The position numbers were made by a program, and so were the translations under genes. Positions 49,800 through 60,385 of a DNA stretch of 64,000 nt are shown piece after piece. The stretch is from contig SYIL01000030.1 of the NCBI GenBank assembly GCA_005798825.1, positions 17,798 through 81,797 of the forward strand, given 5' to 3'. Source of the stretch: Bacteroidota bacterium. GTDB taxonomy: Bacteria > Bacteroidota > Bacteroidia > NS11-12g > UBA955. Every line of letters starts with the position of its first letter. Positions within the stretch are counted from its first letter, which is position 1. The notes beneath the pieces are model-generated. The model was not told the DNA's origin and did no database searches. It saw only the letters and a program-made list of their open reading frames with translations.

Positions 49800-50926
49800 T
49801 TCGATGCGTGCAAGAGGGCAATGAGTGCAAGTGCATTTTCTTTATTATTGAAAGTGCGCAGGAGTATTTTTTTTCGATTGCTTATGTCTTCCTGGGTAAA
49901 GGCAAGTGAATAACAAAGCCTAATTTTATTGGCCAAGTCTTTTGGATTATCCGCAATATTGCACAGTGATTCTAATTGGGTTTCTTTGACCATTTCTGTG
50001 TTCGCCACAACATGTCGGCCCCGAAATAAAGAATTCAGCAATTTTAATTTTATGCCAGTCGACTGGAAGGTAATCATTGCATTTACTTGTGCATTGCGCA
50101 CTAACTCAAAGATGTTTTCAGCAGTTAAGTTTGCTTTTAGGCTTATGTGCGGGTGTTTAGAGATAGATTTTCGCAGGGCATTTGAGGGGTTATTGCCAGC
50201 AATAATGCAGGATTCTTTCAACAATGGAAAAACCTGTTCAACCAAATACATTGCCGCCCGATCATTTTCGGGTATCGAAAGGTTTCCATGATAGAGAATG
50301 TAATCTCCTGTTTCGGAAAGCGAAACGACATCGGTATTTGAGTGGAATGCCGGAATATAGCTGGCCTTTCCATAGGTCCGATCAAAATATTTTGTTTCCA
50401 TAGGGGATATTCCCGCGATGGCGCTGGTCTTTTCTAAGATAGTTTCATAGTGTTTGAGTCGCTTTGCTTCGAGATAATAAAACGCTCTTTTTATCCAAAG
50501 TCTTTCTGCATCACCCAAAGATTGATAGTAATTGTGTTCTACATTGTGCGCTCTAACAACCGTATTTCTATTGCGTAATTCAGGCCTGTTTAGGTGGGAT
50601 GTTGAATGTAAACCCTCGAATAGAATTGGGTTGTTATCCATGAGCAAATTGCGCAATAGAACTTGGCTGTTTCGGGTACTTACCACATAGGGGTTTCTGC
50701 CCCAAAAAGGATTCACCCAAGACCGACGGTAATAATAATATGTTTTATAAGTGAGTGCTTCAAGTTCTGGCGACGGGAGTTTCCTTTTGTATAAAAATAC
50801 ATGCAAAATTATCTCAATACCCAATTCGTGAAAGCTTCGTATTTTGTGGTAAATATCAGTTGCACCCCCGTAATCTGGAGGATAGGGGAGGTCAAAGGCG
50901 ACAATATGGATGCGTTTTTTGGTCAA
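49796..50926 (-). CDS. Glycosyltransferase (GT4-like)
   Basis: FDLPYPPDYGG..D, HNVEH.YY, YHGNLS..EN, TGIKLKLL. Confidence 0.85.
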   Translation of the reverse strand: MTKKRIHIVAFDLPYPPDYGGATDIYHKIRSFHELGIEIILHVFLYKRKLPSPELEALTYKTYYYYRRSWVNPFWGRNPYVVSTRNSQVLLRNLLMDNNPILFEGLHSTSHLNRPELRNRNTVVRAHNVEHNYYQSLGDAERLWIKRAFYYLEAKRLKHYETILEKTSAIAGISPMETKYFDRTYGKASYIPAFHSNTDVVSLSETGDYILYHGNLSIPENDRAAMYLVEQVFPLLKESCIIAGNNPSNALRKSISKHPHISLKANLTAENIFELVRNAQVNAMITFQSTGIKLKLLNSLFRGRHVVANTEMVKETQLESLCNIADNPKDLANKIRLCYSLAFTQEDISNRKKILLRTFNNKENALALIALLHASN

Positions 50927-50931
50927 CTCGT

Positions 50932-52185
50932 CTATCTGGGTTTAGAGAAAAGGGTTTTGTATATTTCAATCAGTTGTGGTTCTTCGTTTTTCCAAATCCA
51001 GTTGCGGGCGGCATCTTTGCAATTGGATTGTATTGTGTGATACAATTTTTGGTTGGTGAGCATTTCATTGGCTTGACCAATAATACTTTCAATAGTAGGT
51101 TCTGTGATTAAACCCACCTGAAATTCTTCCATTAATTTTTCATATTCCGGAAATGGGTTAACAAGGCTCGGTAAATGCGCTTGAACGTAGTCGAAAAATT
51201 TATTATTGAGCGAAAGGTAATAACTCAAACCTGCATTTTCGCTTACATTATATCCAAGGTAGGCCATTGAAGCCAAGGCAGGTAATTGGCTTGGATCGAG
51301 CATACCCAAAAAGAAAATTTTTTGTTGCAGATTTTCGCTTAATACGAGTCCCTTGAGCGATTGGCTGAGATTGCCTTCCCCTACCAAAATCAAATTACAA
51401 GGAATTTGGTGCATTGCACGAATCAAAATTTCAAGTCCCCGTCCTTCATTTAGGGCCCCTTGGTATAGAATAAATCGTTGATTTTTTAGAATTTCTACAG
51501 TAGAATGGGGTAGTGTTTGAATAACAATGTTGGATGGGAAATGGATTTCGGACGCTTCGTTTTGTTTGGCATTGGCAGCGAGGGGATGTTGGGCATCTAT
51601 CCCAACATTGGCATCTATCCCAACATTGTCTTTCACGAACTTAGTACTCTGGTGAATATACCCTATGGGCATATTTCGCAAAACAAAGACAGGCTTTTGG
51701 TATTTTTCTTCAAACCAATGGGCAATGGCCGATCCAACAGTATAGTTGGCAGTACTGTTATTGAACGTAAACCGTTGAATTGTAAGCCATATTTTTTGTA
51801 TAACGGGGCGACGCTGTACCTCGGGTGTATGGCTAAATAATTCATGGGCGTCGAATATATGGGGCTTGGATTTTAATTTACATACAAGAATTCCTGGCAC
51901 AGAGGTGTCGAGATCTATGCTGCAGATTGCATCGAAGCGTTGAAAAAGCAAGTAGAAAAATAAGCGAATAGAATATTCGAGATAAAACAATTTCCCTTTT
52001 GAGAAAACAAGGTATTGAAGGCGAGTTTGAATAAAAAGCTTTGCTTCGAGCGGCTTAGATTGTTTGAGTTGGCGCCCAATTAATACTGTGTCGTATCCTG
52101 CTTTGGCCATGGAGTTACAAATGCGATGCATTCGCTGATCAAAACTCAAATCATTGCTTACAGTGAATATTATTCTTCTACCCAT
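50932..52185 (-). CDS. Glycosyltransferase family 4; start at ATG 52185
   Basis: VSNDL.FDQR, FDAHELF, LYQGALNEGRGLE, SL.NKFFDY; carries a linker insertion. Confidence 0.88.
   Translation of the reverse strand: MGRRIIFTVSNDLSFDQRMHRICNSMAKAGYDTVLIGRQLKQSKPLEAKLFIQTRLQYLVFSKGKLFYLEYSIRLFFYLLFQRFDAICSIDLDTSVPGILVCKLKSKPHIFDAHELFSHTPEVQRRPVIQKIWLTIQRFTFNNSTANYTVGSAIAHWFEEKYQKPVFVLRNMPIGYIHQSTKFVKDNVGIDANVGIDAQHPLAANAKQNEASEIHFPSNIVIQTLPHSTVEILKNQRFILYQGALNEGRGLEILIRAMHQIPCNLILVGEGNLSQSLKGLVLSENLQQKIFFLGMLDPSQLPALASMAYLGYNVSENAGLSYYLSLNNKFFDYVQAHLPSLVNPFPEYEKLMEEFQVGLITEPTIESIIGQANEMLTNQKLYHTIQSNCKDAARNWIWKNEEPQLIEIYKTLFSKPR
51592..51627. repeat. Exact 18-bp tandem duplication inside the GT4 gene (NVGIDA x2)
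   Basis: ggcatctatcccaacatt x2. Confidence 0.95.
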
Positions 52186-54074
52186 TCCCAATCGCCGTTT
52201 GCGTTTTCAATAATACAACCTTCATCGAGTAATTCACGAAGGATTTGGGTGTACAATGCTTTTTTGCTTAGGGAAAGCGTATTTAAAACCTCATTGGGCT
52301 TTTGGGGCTTGTGTATGAGGGTATTTTGCCACCATTGTCGAATGGGCGTGCGTTTTATCTCGGGTGAACGCATGCATACATCGCACAATCCACATGCAGT
52401 CAGGGTAGCTGACATTGTGCTTGTATTTTTAAAATAATCTAGCCAAAAAATTGAGCGACAGGACTTTCCAGAGGCATATTCTTTCATTTTTTGTAAAGAA
52501 AGGAGTCTTCTTTCAAACAATATTTTTAATGCTTCTGTATCTATGGTTGGGTAAAGTGATCGGGATTCAGGCAAAGCGATTGAAGGCAAATTGGTTTGCG
52601 GTGAATATTTCAAGATCCCCATTGCATCCAGTTGATAGAGGTTTTCTATTATCTGTTCTTTGGTGATTCGCAGACGTTTTGCCAAGCCTTCCTCGTAAAT
52701 GATAGCGGGATGGTCAAAAATACCACCGTGAGATCTCAAAAGATTTTCTAAGAGTGGTTCTAGATTTTTGTTTGGGAATCTTGAATTGCCAAAATCTTCT
52801 ATTCTGCGAAGTATTTTTACCTTTGAAGGCATCCAATTTTCTTCCAAAAAATGCCACTGTCCAATGACCTCTAAAGCTTTAATACCATACACTAAATCGC
52901 GCATTGGGATACTATTTTGTTCAGAAATAGCATATAAATCAAGGGGAAATAGTTGAAACTCTCCTTCTCCACCAGACAGTTGTATATGGTTCATTGTAGC
53001 ATGGTAAATGAATTTTAGCGCTTTTTCTCCGGGGTGTTGTTTGACCAGATCTTCCTGCATTTGCACCCAATCTTGCGGCCGATGAAGCAAAATACAATAA
53101 CTTTTTTTCCCATCCCTTCCGGCCCTTCCAGATTCCTGGTAATAATCTTCTGGATTCTTGGGTGGGTGGGTGTGAACAACCAAGCGCACATCAGATTTAT
53201 CAACTCCCATTCCAAAAGCATTGGTACAAACCATAATTCTGAATTGGTTTTTAATCCAAGCAGTTTGCCGATCTGCCCGCTGATTATGGCTCAATCCGGC
53301 ATGGTAAAATGTGGCAGAATATCCCAAATTTACCAACATTTTGGTCGTTTCTTCAACCTCCTTTCGGGTATGAGCGAATACCAAGGTACTCCCCCTTGAT
53401 TTTTCAATTAAACGGGTCAAACTCCCCGCTTTATTTTCGGTTTTTATGCCATAGAAAACCAGATTTTTTCTTGTAAAATCCCCCGAGTAAATGGAAGGAT
53501 TTATTAATTGCAGACCCGAAATAATGTCGTCTTGAATCCATTGTGGTGCACTCGCCGTGAATGCTGCGATGGGGATGCCTGGCAACAATTTTCGCACCGC
53601 AACCAATTTTTGATAGGATGGCCTAAAGTCTTGACCCCACATCGAGATACAATGGGCTTCATCAATGACCAACATTTTGATTGAAAGATTGGCTATGTAT
53701 CCACGGAAATTTTGGGTTGCCAATCTTTCCGGTGATAAGTAAAGCAAGCGATAATGCCCTTTCAATGCATTTTCCAAGATTGTCTTTGATTCTGTGTGGG
53801 TATGGCCGCTGTGCAAGGCCTCTGCTGGGATATTTTTCTTTTGTAAGGCGTCAACCTGGTCTTTCATCAATGCAATGAGTGGAGAAATAACCAAAGTGAG
53901 TCCATCGTGAATCAGGGCAGGCAATTGGAAACAAATACTTTTTCCACCCCCTGTTGGCAACAAAGCCATTGTGTCTTTGCCCGACATTAAAGACTGTATG
54001 ATGGCCAATTGTTCAGGGCGAAAATCGTCAAATCCCCAATATTTATTGAGGATTTCCTTGTGTGTTAGGGCCAT
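52170..54074 (-). CDS. recQ: RecQ-family ATP-dependent DNA helicase (Bacteroidota short type, no HRDC domain seen)
   Basis: PTGGGKS, DEAHCIS.WG.DFRPSY, AFGMGVDK, YYQESGRAGRDG, CR...YF...CGLCDVC Zn site. Confidence 0.93.
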   Translation of the reverse strand: MALTHKEILNKYWGFDDFRPEQLAIIQSLMSGKDTMALLPTGGGKSICFQLPALIHDGLTLVISPLIALMKDQVDALQKKNIPAEALHSGHTHTESKTILENALKGHYRLLYLSPERLATQNFRGYIANLSIKMLVIDEAHCISMWGQDFRPSYQKLVAVRKLLPGIPIAAFTASAPQWIQDDIISGLQLINPSIYSGDFTRKNLVFYGIKTENKAGSLTRLIEKSRGSTLVFAHTRKEVEETTKMLVNLGYSATFYHAGLSHNQRADRQTAWIKNQFRIMVCTNAFGMGVDKSDVRLVVHTHPPKNPEDYYQESGRAGRDGKKSYCILLHRPQDWVQMQEDLVKQHPGEKALKFIYHATMNHIQLSGGEGEFQLFPLDLYAISEQNSIPMRDLVYGIKALEVIGQWHFLEENWMPSKVKILRRIEDFGNSRFPNKNLEPLLENLLRSHGGIFDHPAIIYEEGLAKRLRITKEQIIENLYQLDAMGILKYSPQTNLPSIALPESRSLYPTIDTEALKILFERRLLSLQKMKEYASGKSCRSIFWLDYFKNTSTMSATLTACGLCDVCMRSPEIKRTPIRQWWQNTLIHKPQKPNEVLNTLSLSKKALYTQILRELLDEGCIIENANGDWEWVEE

Positions 54075-54083
54075 TTTTTTGGA

Positions 54084-55082
54084 TCAATCGGTCAAAACTT
54101 GATGTCTGAAGATGTCGATACTGTTATGCAAATGTTGAAAAAACTGATTTCGGGATTTTTCAGCTACCACACTGAGCATGGTGCTTTTTGATATCATGTT
54201 GTTAAGCCATGAATAAATGCTCTCATTGAAATATTTGTTATTGCTGCGCATAAAATTGAATGAATTGTATCCAATATAGCTCGCTTGATTTATATCGGAA
54301 CGCAGTTGAACAGTATTGTTGCCAATCATTAACTCGCTGTTGTATAGGGTGAATTTAATATCCAAAAATTCGTCTTTAATGGGGTTGTATTTTTTCCCTG
54401 TAGAACATTGTTTTGCTGCCATAGAGACAATACTATCCAAATCATCTATGATACAGAGTACAGAATTCTTTTCTTCGAAAAAGCCGGATTCCCAGTAGAA
54501 TTTGATTTGTTGTAGGGTACTTTTCAATGTGTCGTCATTCCAAATTTCGGTGCTTGGAATACGTAAAAATTTCTCTTGTATTTTGGGTACTTCGGTCATC
54601 CATGCAGCTGGTAATTTAATCTCATCAATTTTTTTGTCTTGAAATGCATCTGAATTAAGAATGCTTTTATTCCAATAAATCATTTTAAATAAACCTAGCC
54701 GTGGGAAAAAAAAATTGTAAAAAACGGGCAAATCTTCACAGGCGTATATCAAATGGTAATTGGGGTATTTCATAATCCAACCCAAATCGTTATGCAATAC
54801 CTGAAGGTAATGGCCAAAGCTTTCTGTATCAGATGAGAGTTTATTGGTTTTAAAAGCAACAATTTCAGAATTTATTTCCGACAGAGATTCTAAGGGGAGA
54901 TCGAAATGCTTGCAAATGGAAAAGGTTTCAGACAATGTGAGTTCTGTTTGGCAACGAAGTCGTCTGTAAATAGAGTCTAAACTGGTTTCAAGTAGTTCAC
55001 TCAATTCTTCTGCAAGGCTCAAATGTGAGGGAGTTACATTTTTCAATAACGCAATAAATTGCTTTTGAATATGGGTGTCCAT
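54084..55082 (-). CDS. N-terminal helix-turn-helix protein, putative transcriptional regulator of an uncharacterised Bacteroidota family
   Basis: LAEELSELLETSLDSIYRRLR....TLSE...IC.HF.LPLESL XRE-like HTH followed by a domain of about 260 aa. Confidence 0.7.
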   Translation of the reverse strand: MDTHIQKQFIALLKNVTPSHLSLAEELSELLETSLDSIYRRLRCQTELTLSETFSICKHFDLPLESLSEINSEIVAFKTNKLSSDTESFGHYLQVLHNDLGWIMKYPNYHLIYACEDLPVFYNFFFPRLGLFKMIYWNKSILNSDAFQDKKIDEIKLPAAWMTEVPKIQEKFLRIPSTEIWNDDTLKSTLQQIKFYWESGFFEEKNSVLCIIDDLDSIVSMAAKQCSTGKKYNPIKDEFLDIKFTLYNSELMIGNNTVQLRSDINQASYIGYNSFNFMRSNNKYFNESIYSWLNNMISKSTMLSVVAEKSRNQFFQHLHNSIDIFRHQVLTD

Positions 55083-55160
55083 TGAATTGATTTTTGGTAA
55101 AAGTATACAATAAAAACAGTAAAAAAAATAGCAATTCCAGTCCAGGGCGAGGAATTATAA

Positions 55161-55823
55161 TTAAGACGCGCTGAGGACCAAGTTCCCATCGCACATCTGT
55201 AATTTGCGATCGGCGATGTTTGCCAATGACATATTGTGCGTAACAATCACAAAAGTTTGCCCAAAATCATCGCGCATTTTCAGAAAATACTCCTGAATTA
55301 ATTCGGCATTTTGGGTATCTAAATTTCCGGTGGGCTCATCGGCAAAGATTACCCTGGGTTTGTTAAATTGCGCCCTAGCGATAGCAACACGTTGCTGTTC
55401 ACCGCCAGAAAGTTGCTTGGGTTTGTGGTGTATTCTGTCAGAAAGTCCCAAATAATCCAATAACTCCTGGGCTCTGAGGGCTGCTTTTTGTTTACCCATT
55501 TTGGCGATAAGTCCGGGCATCATTGCATTTTCAAGGGCTGTGAATTCAGGCAATAATTGGTGAAATTGAAAAACAAAACCCAATTCCTTGTTTCGAAACG
55601 CTGCAATTTTGTTTGCAGACAATTCTAGTATTGATGTATTGTGTATGGAAATTTCTCCCTGGCTTGGTTTGTCAAGTGTACCCAATAGCTGAAGCAAGGT
55701 GCTTTTTCCTGCCCCACTTTCTCCGGTGATTGCCAAAATTTCTCCAGAGGAAATCTCTAAGTTGATACCTTTCACAACATGAAGATGGCCATAATACTTG
55801 TGTAAATTTTTACAGAAAACCAT
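55161..55823 (-). CDS. lolD: ABC transporter ATP-binding protein, LolD-like
   Basis: [55 protein letters not shown]. Confidence 0.85.
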   Translation of the reverse strand: MVFCKNLHKYYGHLHVVKGINLEISSGEILAITGESGAGKSTLLQLLGTLDKPSQGEISIHNTSILELSANKIAAFRNKELGFVFQFHQLLPEFTALENAMMPGLIAKMGKQKAALRAQELLDYLGLSDRIHHKPKQLSGGEQQRVAIARAQFNKPRVIFADEPTGNLDTQNAELIQEYFLKMRDDFGQTFVIVTHNMSLANIADRKLQMCDGNLVLSAS

Positions 55824-55856
55824 AATGAAAACCTAAGAAAATACCTTTAATTGGAT

Positions 55857-55874
55857 CAAAGTTAGTTATTTTCG
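55857..55874. promoter_or_regulatory. Back-to-back divergent -7 elements for lolD (TAACTTTG, minus) and sucC (TATTTTCG, plus)
   Basis: 55857-55864 on the minus strand and 55867-55874 on the plus strand, 2 bp apart. Confidence 0.5.
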
Positions 55875-55905
55875 CGAACGAATAATGTAGCATTTTTCTC
55901 AGAGT

Positions 55906-57120
55906 ATGAATATCCACGAGTATCAAGCCAAAGAAATTCTGAAACAATACGGAGTAGCCGTTCAAGAGGGATTTATTGTAGAATCTCCGGAACAAGCGAT
56001 GGAAGCTGCCCAGAAGATAAGAGATCATTTTCACAGTGACTGGTGTGTTTTGAAAGCACAGATTCATGCGGGGGGTCGGGGAAAAGGAAAGATACAAGGA
56101 AGCGAACAACGTGGAGTCCAATTGGCCAAAAGCCCCGAGCAGGCTGCTGAAATCGCAAAAAATATGTTGGGAGGAACCCTTGTTACCATTCAAACCGGAG
56201 AAGTGGGAAAAGTTGTTGGGAAAGTATTGGTTGCACAAGATGTTTTTTATCCTGGCAACACTGATCCCAAAGAATTTTACATGAGTGTTCTTTTGGATCG
56301 AACCAAAAAACAAAACGTTATTATTTACACAACGGAGGGTGGAATGAATATTGAGGAAGTTGCAGAGGAACACCCCGAAAAAATTCACAGGGAATGGGTA
56401 AATCCTTCGATTGGTTTGCAACCTTTCCAAGCAAGAAAAATTGCATTTAATCTTGGACTCACAGGCAAATCATTCAAGGAGATGGTGGCATTTGTAGTTG
56501 CTTTATATAGGGCATACGATGAAACTGATAGTGCAATGTTTGAAATAAACCCAGTGCTTAAAACTTCGGATGATCGAATTATTGCGGTGGATGCAAAAGT
56601 GAATTTAGATGACAATGCTTTATACCGCCACCCCGAATTTTTAGTACTCCGGGACCTTGCTGAAGAAGATCCTACCGAAGTTGAAGCAGGCAAATACAAC
56701 TTGAATTATGTAAAATTAGACGGGAATGTTGGCTGCATGGTTAATGGTGCGGGTCTAGCGATGGCAACCATGGACATCATTAAACTCAGTGGGGGTGAGC
56801 CTGCAAATTTCCTAGACGTGGGCGGTGCGGCAAATGCAGAAACCGTTGAGGCAGGGTTTCGTATTATTATGAGCGACCCAAATGTAAAAGCAATACTTAT
56901 CAATATTTTTGGGGGTATTGTTCGCTGTGATAGAGTCGCCAATGGGGTCGTGGAGGCATATCGAAAAATCGGAAATGTTCACATACCCATCATTGTTCGT
57001 TTGCAAGGAACCAATGCGCAAGAAGCCAAACAAATTATTGACGAAAGCGGTTTAAAGGTTTACAGTGCGATTGCCCTTCATGACGCAGCCATACTGGTTG
57101 AAAAAGTTCTTAAAGCATAA
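55906..57120 (+). CDS. sucC: Succinyl-CoA synthetase subunit beta
   Basis: [56 protein letters not shown]. Confidence 0.98.
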   Translation: MNIHEYQAKEILKQYGVAVQEGFIVESPEQAMEAAQKIRDHFHSDWCVLKAQIHAGGRGKGKIQGSEQRGVQLAKSPEQAAEIAKNMLGGTLVTIQTGEVGKVVGKVLVAQDVFYPGNTDPKEFYMSVLLDRTKKQNVIIYTTEGGMNIEEVAEEHPEKIHREWVNPSIGLQPFQARKIAFNLGLTGKSFKEMVAFVVALYRAYDETDSAMFEINPVLKTSDDRIIAVDAKVNLDDNALYRHPEFLVLRDLAEEDPTEVEAGKYNLNYVKLDGNVGCMVNGAGLAMATMDIIKLSGGEPANFLDVGGAANAETVEAGFRIIMSDPNVKAILINIFGGIVRCDRVANGVVEAYRKIGNVHIPIIVRLQGTNAQEAKQIIDESGLKVYSAIALHDAAILVEKVLKA

Positions 57121-57382
57121 ATCGTGGTGGTGAATAGAATAAATCGATGAATTGAAATTCTGCAGACAATCGCTTGATTCAATAAGGGTTACAACTTGAC
57201 AAAATCACTGCGCTTTTGTGCTCGCAAAGATTTAATGAAAACTGGGTTTCATCTGATTTTCCAGTGTGTACTTTGTGAATTGCACGCGCATTTTGTTGGT
57301 GACTGTACAATTCAAAAGGCAGTTGGCTTTTTGGTTAATAAGGTAGAAAATCGCCTCGCATCCATTGCGTATCTTTGAAAAT

Positions 57383-60300
57383 ATGAGATCCTTATGGTTT
57401 GTCGTATTGATGGCAGCAACAAGTTCCTTATTGGGCCAAGAAGGTATGCAGAATCAGTTTCCCGAAACATATTTTGTAAGGGGAATTGAATTGTACAGGG
57501 AAGGCAGATTTAATGCCGCTGCAGCCCAGTTTAAAAATTATATTAATGTTCCAGTGACGAGTACCCACAGCATTGAAGCAGGTTACTATTACTCTATTTC
57601 CAAGCTTAAGGCTGGGCATACTGATGGGGTAGCTTCCCTGCAGCAATTTCTAGAAAAAAATCCAGGATCACTCAAAATAACCGAAGCCAATTTGGCTTTG
57701 GGAGATTATTATTATCTCAAGATGCGCTATGGAAATGCAATGCGCTTTTATAAAAACGTCGATGCCAAAGCAATTGACAAGGATTTACGCGCACAATTTA
57801 ATTACCGAAAGGGATATTGTGCTGTATCACAAAAAAAATATAAAGAAGCTGCTGAAACGTTAAAAAGTGTTGCAAATAGCCCGGGCGAATACCGCGATCT
57901 AGCAAGTTATTATTTTGGTTTTGCTTGTTTAATGCTGGAGGATTTTCCACAATCTATACAAGCATTAGAAAGAATTAGAGACAAGGGCTATGAAAATGTT
58001 CGCCTGTATCTTGCCCAAGTGCATTACCAAATGAGCAATTATGACTATGCATTGTCAGAACTCGAGAAAGTGGGTAAAAATATTCCGCGCAATCAGGTGG
58101 AATGGTTAAAAGGTAAGAGTTATTTCCGAAAAAATAATTTTGAAAAAGCCGCTGAGTCATTCCGTTTGGCCCAGTTATCGCCAGACACCCTTGCTGTTGA
58201 GGAAAGATATGAAATTGGCTATTCATTATACAGAACAGGAGATTATAAAGGCAGTGAGATATGGCTTCGAAGTGTTGCAGCAGGGAGAGATAGTCTTTCT
58301 CAAATTGCCAGTTTTCAATTGGGAAATGCATTGATGAAACAGAAAAATAACCGCGAGGCGATGAATGCTTTTGCGGAGGCTTTTCGTTCAGGATTCAATG
58401 CAGACATTGCTGAGATTGCTTTGTTTAATCAAGCCAAGTTGGCTATACAATTGGGAGATTATAGTTCCATTGCCCTGCTAGATAAATATGTAAAGTTGTT
58501 TCCGAACAACAGCAATGTAAAGGAAGCGATTAAGCTAAAAGCCAGATTGTTAATCAATACGGATAGTTATAGAGAAGCGGTTGCGCTTCTCGACGCTTTG
58601 GATGAATTAGATGCACAAACCGAGGAAATATACCAAAGAGTAACCCTAGCAAGGGGAATGGAGTTGTTTAAAAGCCGAAATTTCAATGGCGCCATCGAGT
58701 TATTTGACAAATGTGCTTCGAAACGGGCAAATGCCGATATGGGAGCACAGGCGGTATTTTGGAAGGCAGAATCCTATATGCAGCAAGGCAATGTTGCTCT
58801 GGCGATGTCGGCTTACCAAATATTTTTAGATCGTCCATCTGCAGCTACAACTGAAGTTCAGCCTTATGCTTATTACGGAATGGGGTATATCAAATACGGA
58901 TTGAAACAATATGAAGAAGCTGCTTTGGATTTCAATAAGTTTACCCTTAAGGCCGCAAATGGGCGCTATGAAGAGCGCATGGTTCACGATGGGTATTTGC
59001 GCTTGGGAGATTGTAATTTTATGATCAAGCAATTAGACGAAGCCTTAAAAGCCTTCGCCTATGTGAGTGTTAAAAAGGGAAATGATGCAGATTATGCTCT
59101 TTATCAGAGTGGGTTGATATACGGACTTTTAGAAAAATCAGATGAAAAGTTGGGTGTGCTAAAACGACTCATCGAGAATTTTCCTAATTCGCGGTTGATT
59201 GTGGATGCTTATTTCGCGATTGCAGAGGAGTATATGGTTTCAGACAGAAGTGTCGATGCAGAGAAATATTACAGTGAAATATTGCAAAAGTTTCCAAATA
59301 ATCCTATGGCAAGCAAGGCATATTCTCCATTGGGTCGGATTTACTACAACAATAACAAGCCGAATGAAGCCATCCAGACCTATACCAAATTATACGATTC
59401 TTATCCAGGAACAGCCGAAGCACAAGCAGCCAATGAAATGGTTAGAAAAATTTATTCTGAGCAAGGAAATGCCAAAGAATATGTGCGTTGGAAAAAAAAT
59501 CGTGGTGGAATTTCTGACAATGATCAAGATAGTTTGCTATACGATGCCGCATACAGTGCGTATGAGAAATCGGACTACCCTATGGCAAAAAAAGGATTTG
59601 ATACGTATCTCAATGATTTTCCAAAAGGAGCATTTTATTTTTCAGCAAATTATTATTTGGCGCAAAGCAATGAAAAACTCAATAATACAGCAGAAGCGAT
59701 CAAATACTATTCACTGGTTGCTTTATCCAATAGCGGTGAGCTGAAGGAAGATGCGGCAATGGCAGTATTAAAATTGCTCGGAGACGGTTCTTCTTGTGAA
59801 CAAATAACGCCTTTTGTAGAGGTGCTTGAGCCGATAACCCATTCTCGAGAAACCCAACAAAATTGTTGGAAGACCCTTATGTATTGTTATGCCAAAAACG
59901 ACAACACGACCTTATTAGAATCAATTTCAACCAAGGTCTTGGCCGACGCATCTTCACCACAAGAACTGCGAACGGAAGCCAAATTGGTTTTGGTAAAAGC
60001 CGATATCAAATTGGGCAGGACAGACAATTCCATGAATGATTTGAAAAATATCTACAGTGGAGATAACAATCGGTTTGCCGCAGAAGCCAAATATGTTGAA
60101 GCCGAACTTCTATATTCTAAAGACAGTATTGAGGCTTGTAAAAATGCCTGCTATGGTATTCTTGATGGTTTTAATGGTTACGATTTATGGGTGGGGAAGG
60201 CTTTGATATTATTGGGAGACGCGTTTAAAAAAGAGACAGATTTTTTTAATGCCAAAGCCACATGGAATGGGGTTATTGAAAATTTTGATATACCAGAATT

Positions 60301-60385
60301 GACCAAGCAAGCCAAAGTTAAACTTGATCAGTTGGCGGCTGAACAATTGGCATCCGAACAATTGCCTGTTCCAAAGGCTGAATAA
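57383..60385 (+). CDS. Large exported tetratricopeptide-repeat protein (~1000 aa); start revised to ATG 57383
   Basis: Signal peptide and many TPR-like helices (A..YYG, F..FP.S, YALYQ, DGYLRLGDC.F); -7 box TATCTTTG at 57370-57377. Confidence 0.9.
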   Translation: MRSLWFVVLMAATSSLLGQEGMQNQFPETYFVRGIELYREGRFNAAAAQFKNYINVPVTSTHSIEAGYYYSISKLKAGHTDGVASLQQFLEKNPGSLKITEANLALGDYYYLKMRYGNAMRFYKNVDAKAIDKDLRAQFNYRKGYCAVSQKKYKEAAETLKSVANSPGEYRDLASYYFGFACLMLEDFPQSIQALERIRDKGYENVRLYLAQVHYQMSNYDYALSELEKVGKNIPRNQVEWLKGKSYFRKNNFEKAAESFRLAQLSPDTLAVEERYEIGYSLYRTGDYKGSEIWLRSVAAGRDSLSQIASFQLGNALMKQKNNREAMNAFAEAFRSGFNADIAEIALFNQAKLAIQLGDYSSIALLDKYVKLFPNNSNVKEAIKLKARLLINTDSYREAVALLDALDELDAQTEEIYQRVTLARGMELFKSRNFNGAIELFDKCASKRANADMGAQAVFWKAESYMQQGNVALAMSAYQIFLDRPSAATTEVQPYAYYGMGYIKYGLKQYEEAALDFNKFTLKAANGRYEERMVHDGYLRLGDCNFMIKQLDEALKAFAYVSVKKGNDADYALYQSGLIYGLLEKSDEKLGVLKRLIENFPNSRLIVDAYFAIAEEYMVSDRSVDAEKYYSEILQKFPNNPMASKAYSPLGRIYYNNNKPNEAIQTYTKLYDSYPGTAEAQAANEMVRKIYSEQGNAKEYVRWKKNRGGISDNDQDSLLYDAAYSAYEKSDYPMAKKGFDTYLNDFPKGAFYFSANYYLAQSNEKLNNTAEAIKYYSLVALSNSGELKEDAAMAVLKLLGDGSSCEQITPFVEVLEPITHSRETQQNCWKTLMYCYAKNDNTTLLESISTKVLADASSPQELRTEAKLVLVKADIKLGRTDNSMNDLKNIYSGDNNRFAAEAKYVEAELLYSKDSIEACKNACYGILDGFNGYDLWVGKALILLGDAFKKETDFFNAKATWNGVIENFDIPELTKQAKVKLDQLAAEQLASEQLPVPKAE

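Noticed and set aside
55810..56430. 206-aa minus-strand ORF
   Set aside because: It is antisense to the well-conserved sucC.
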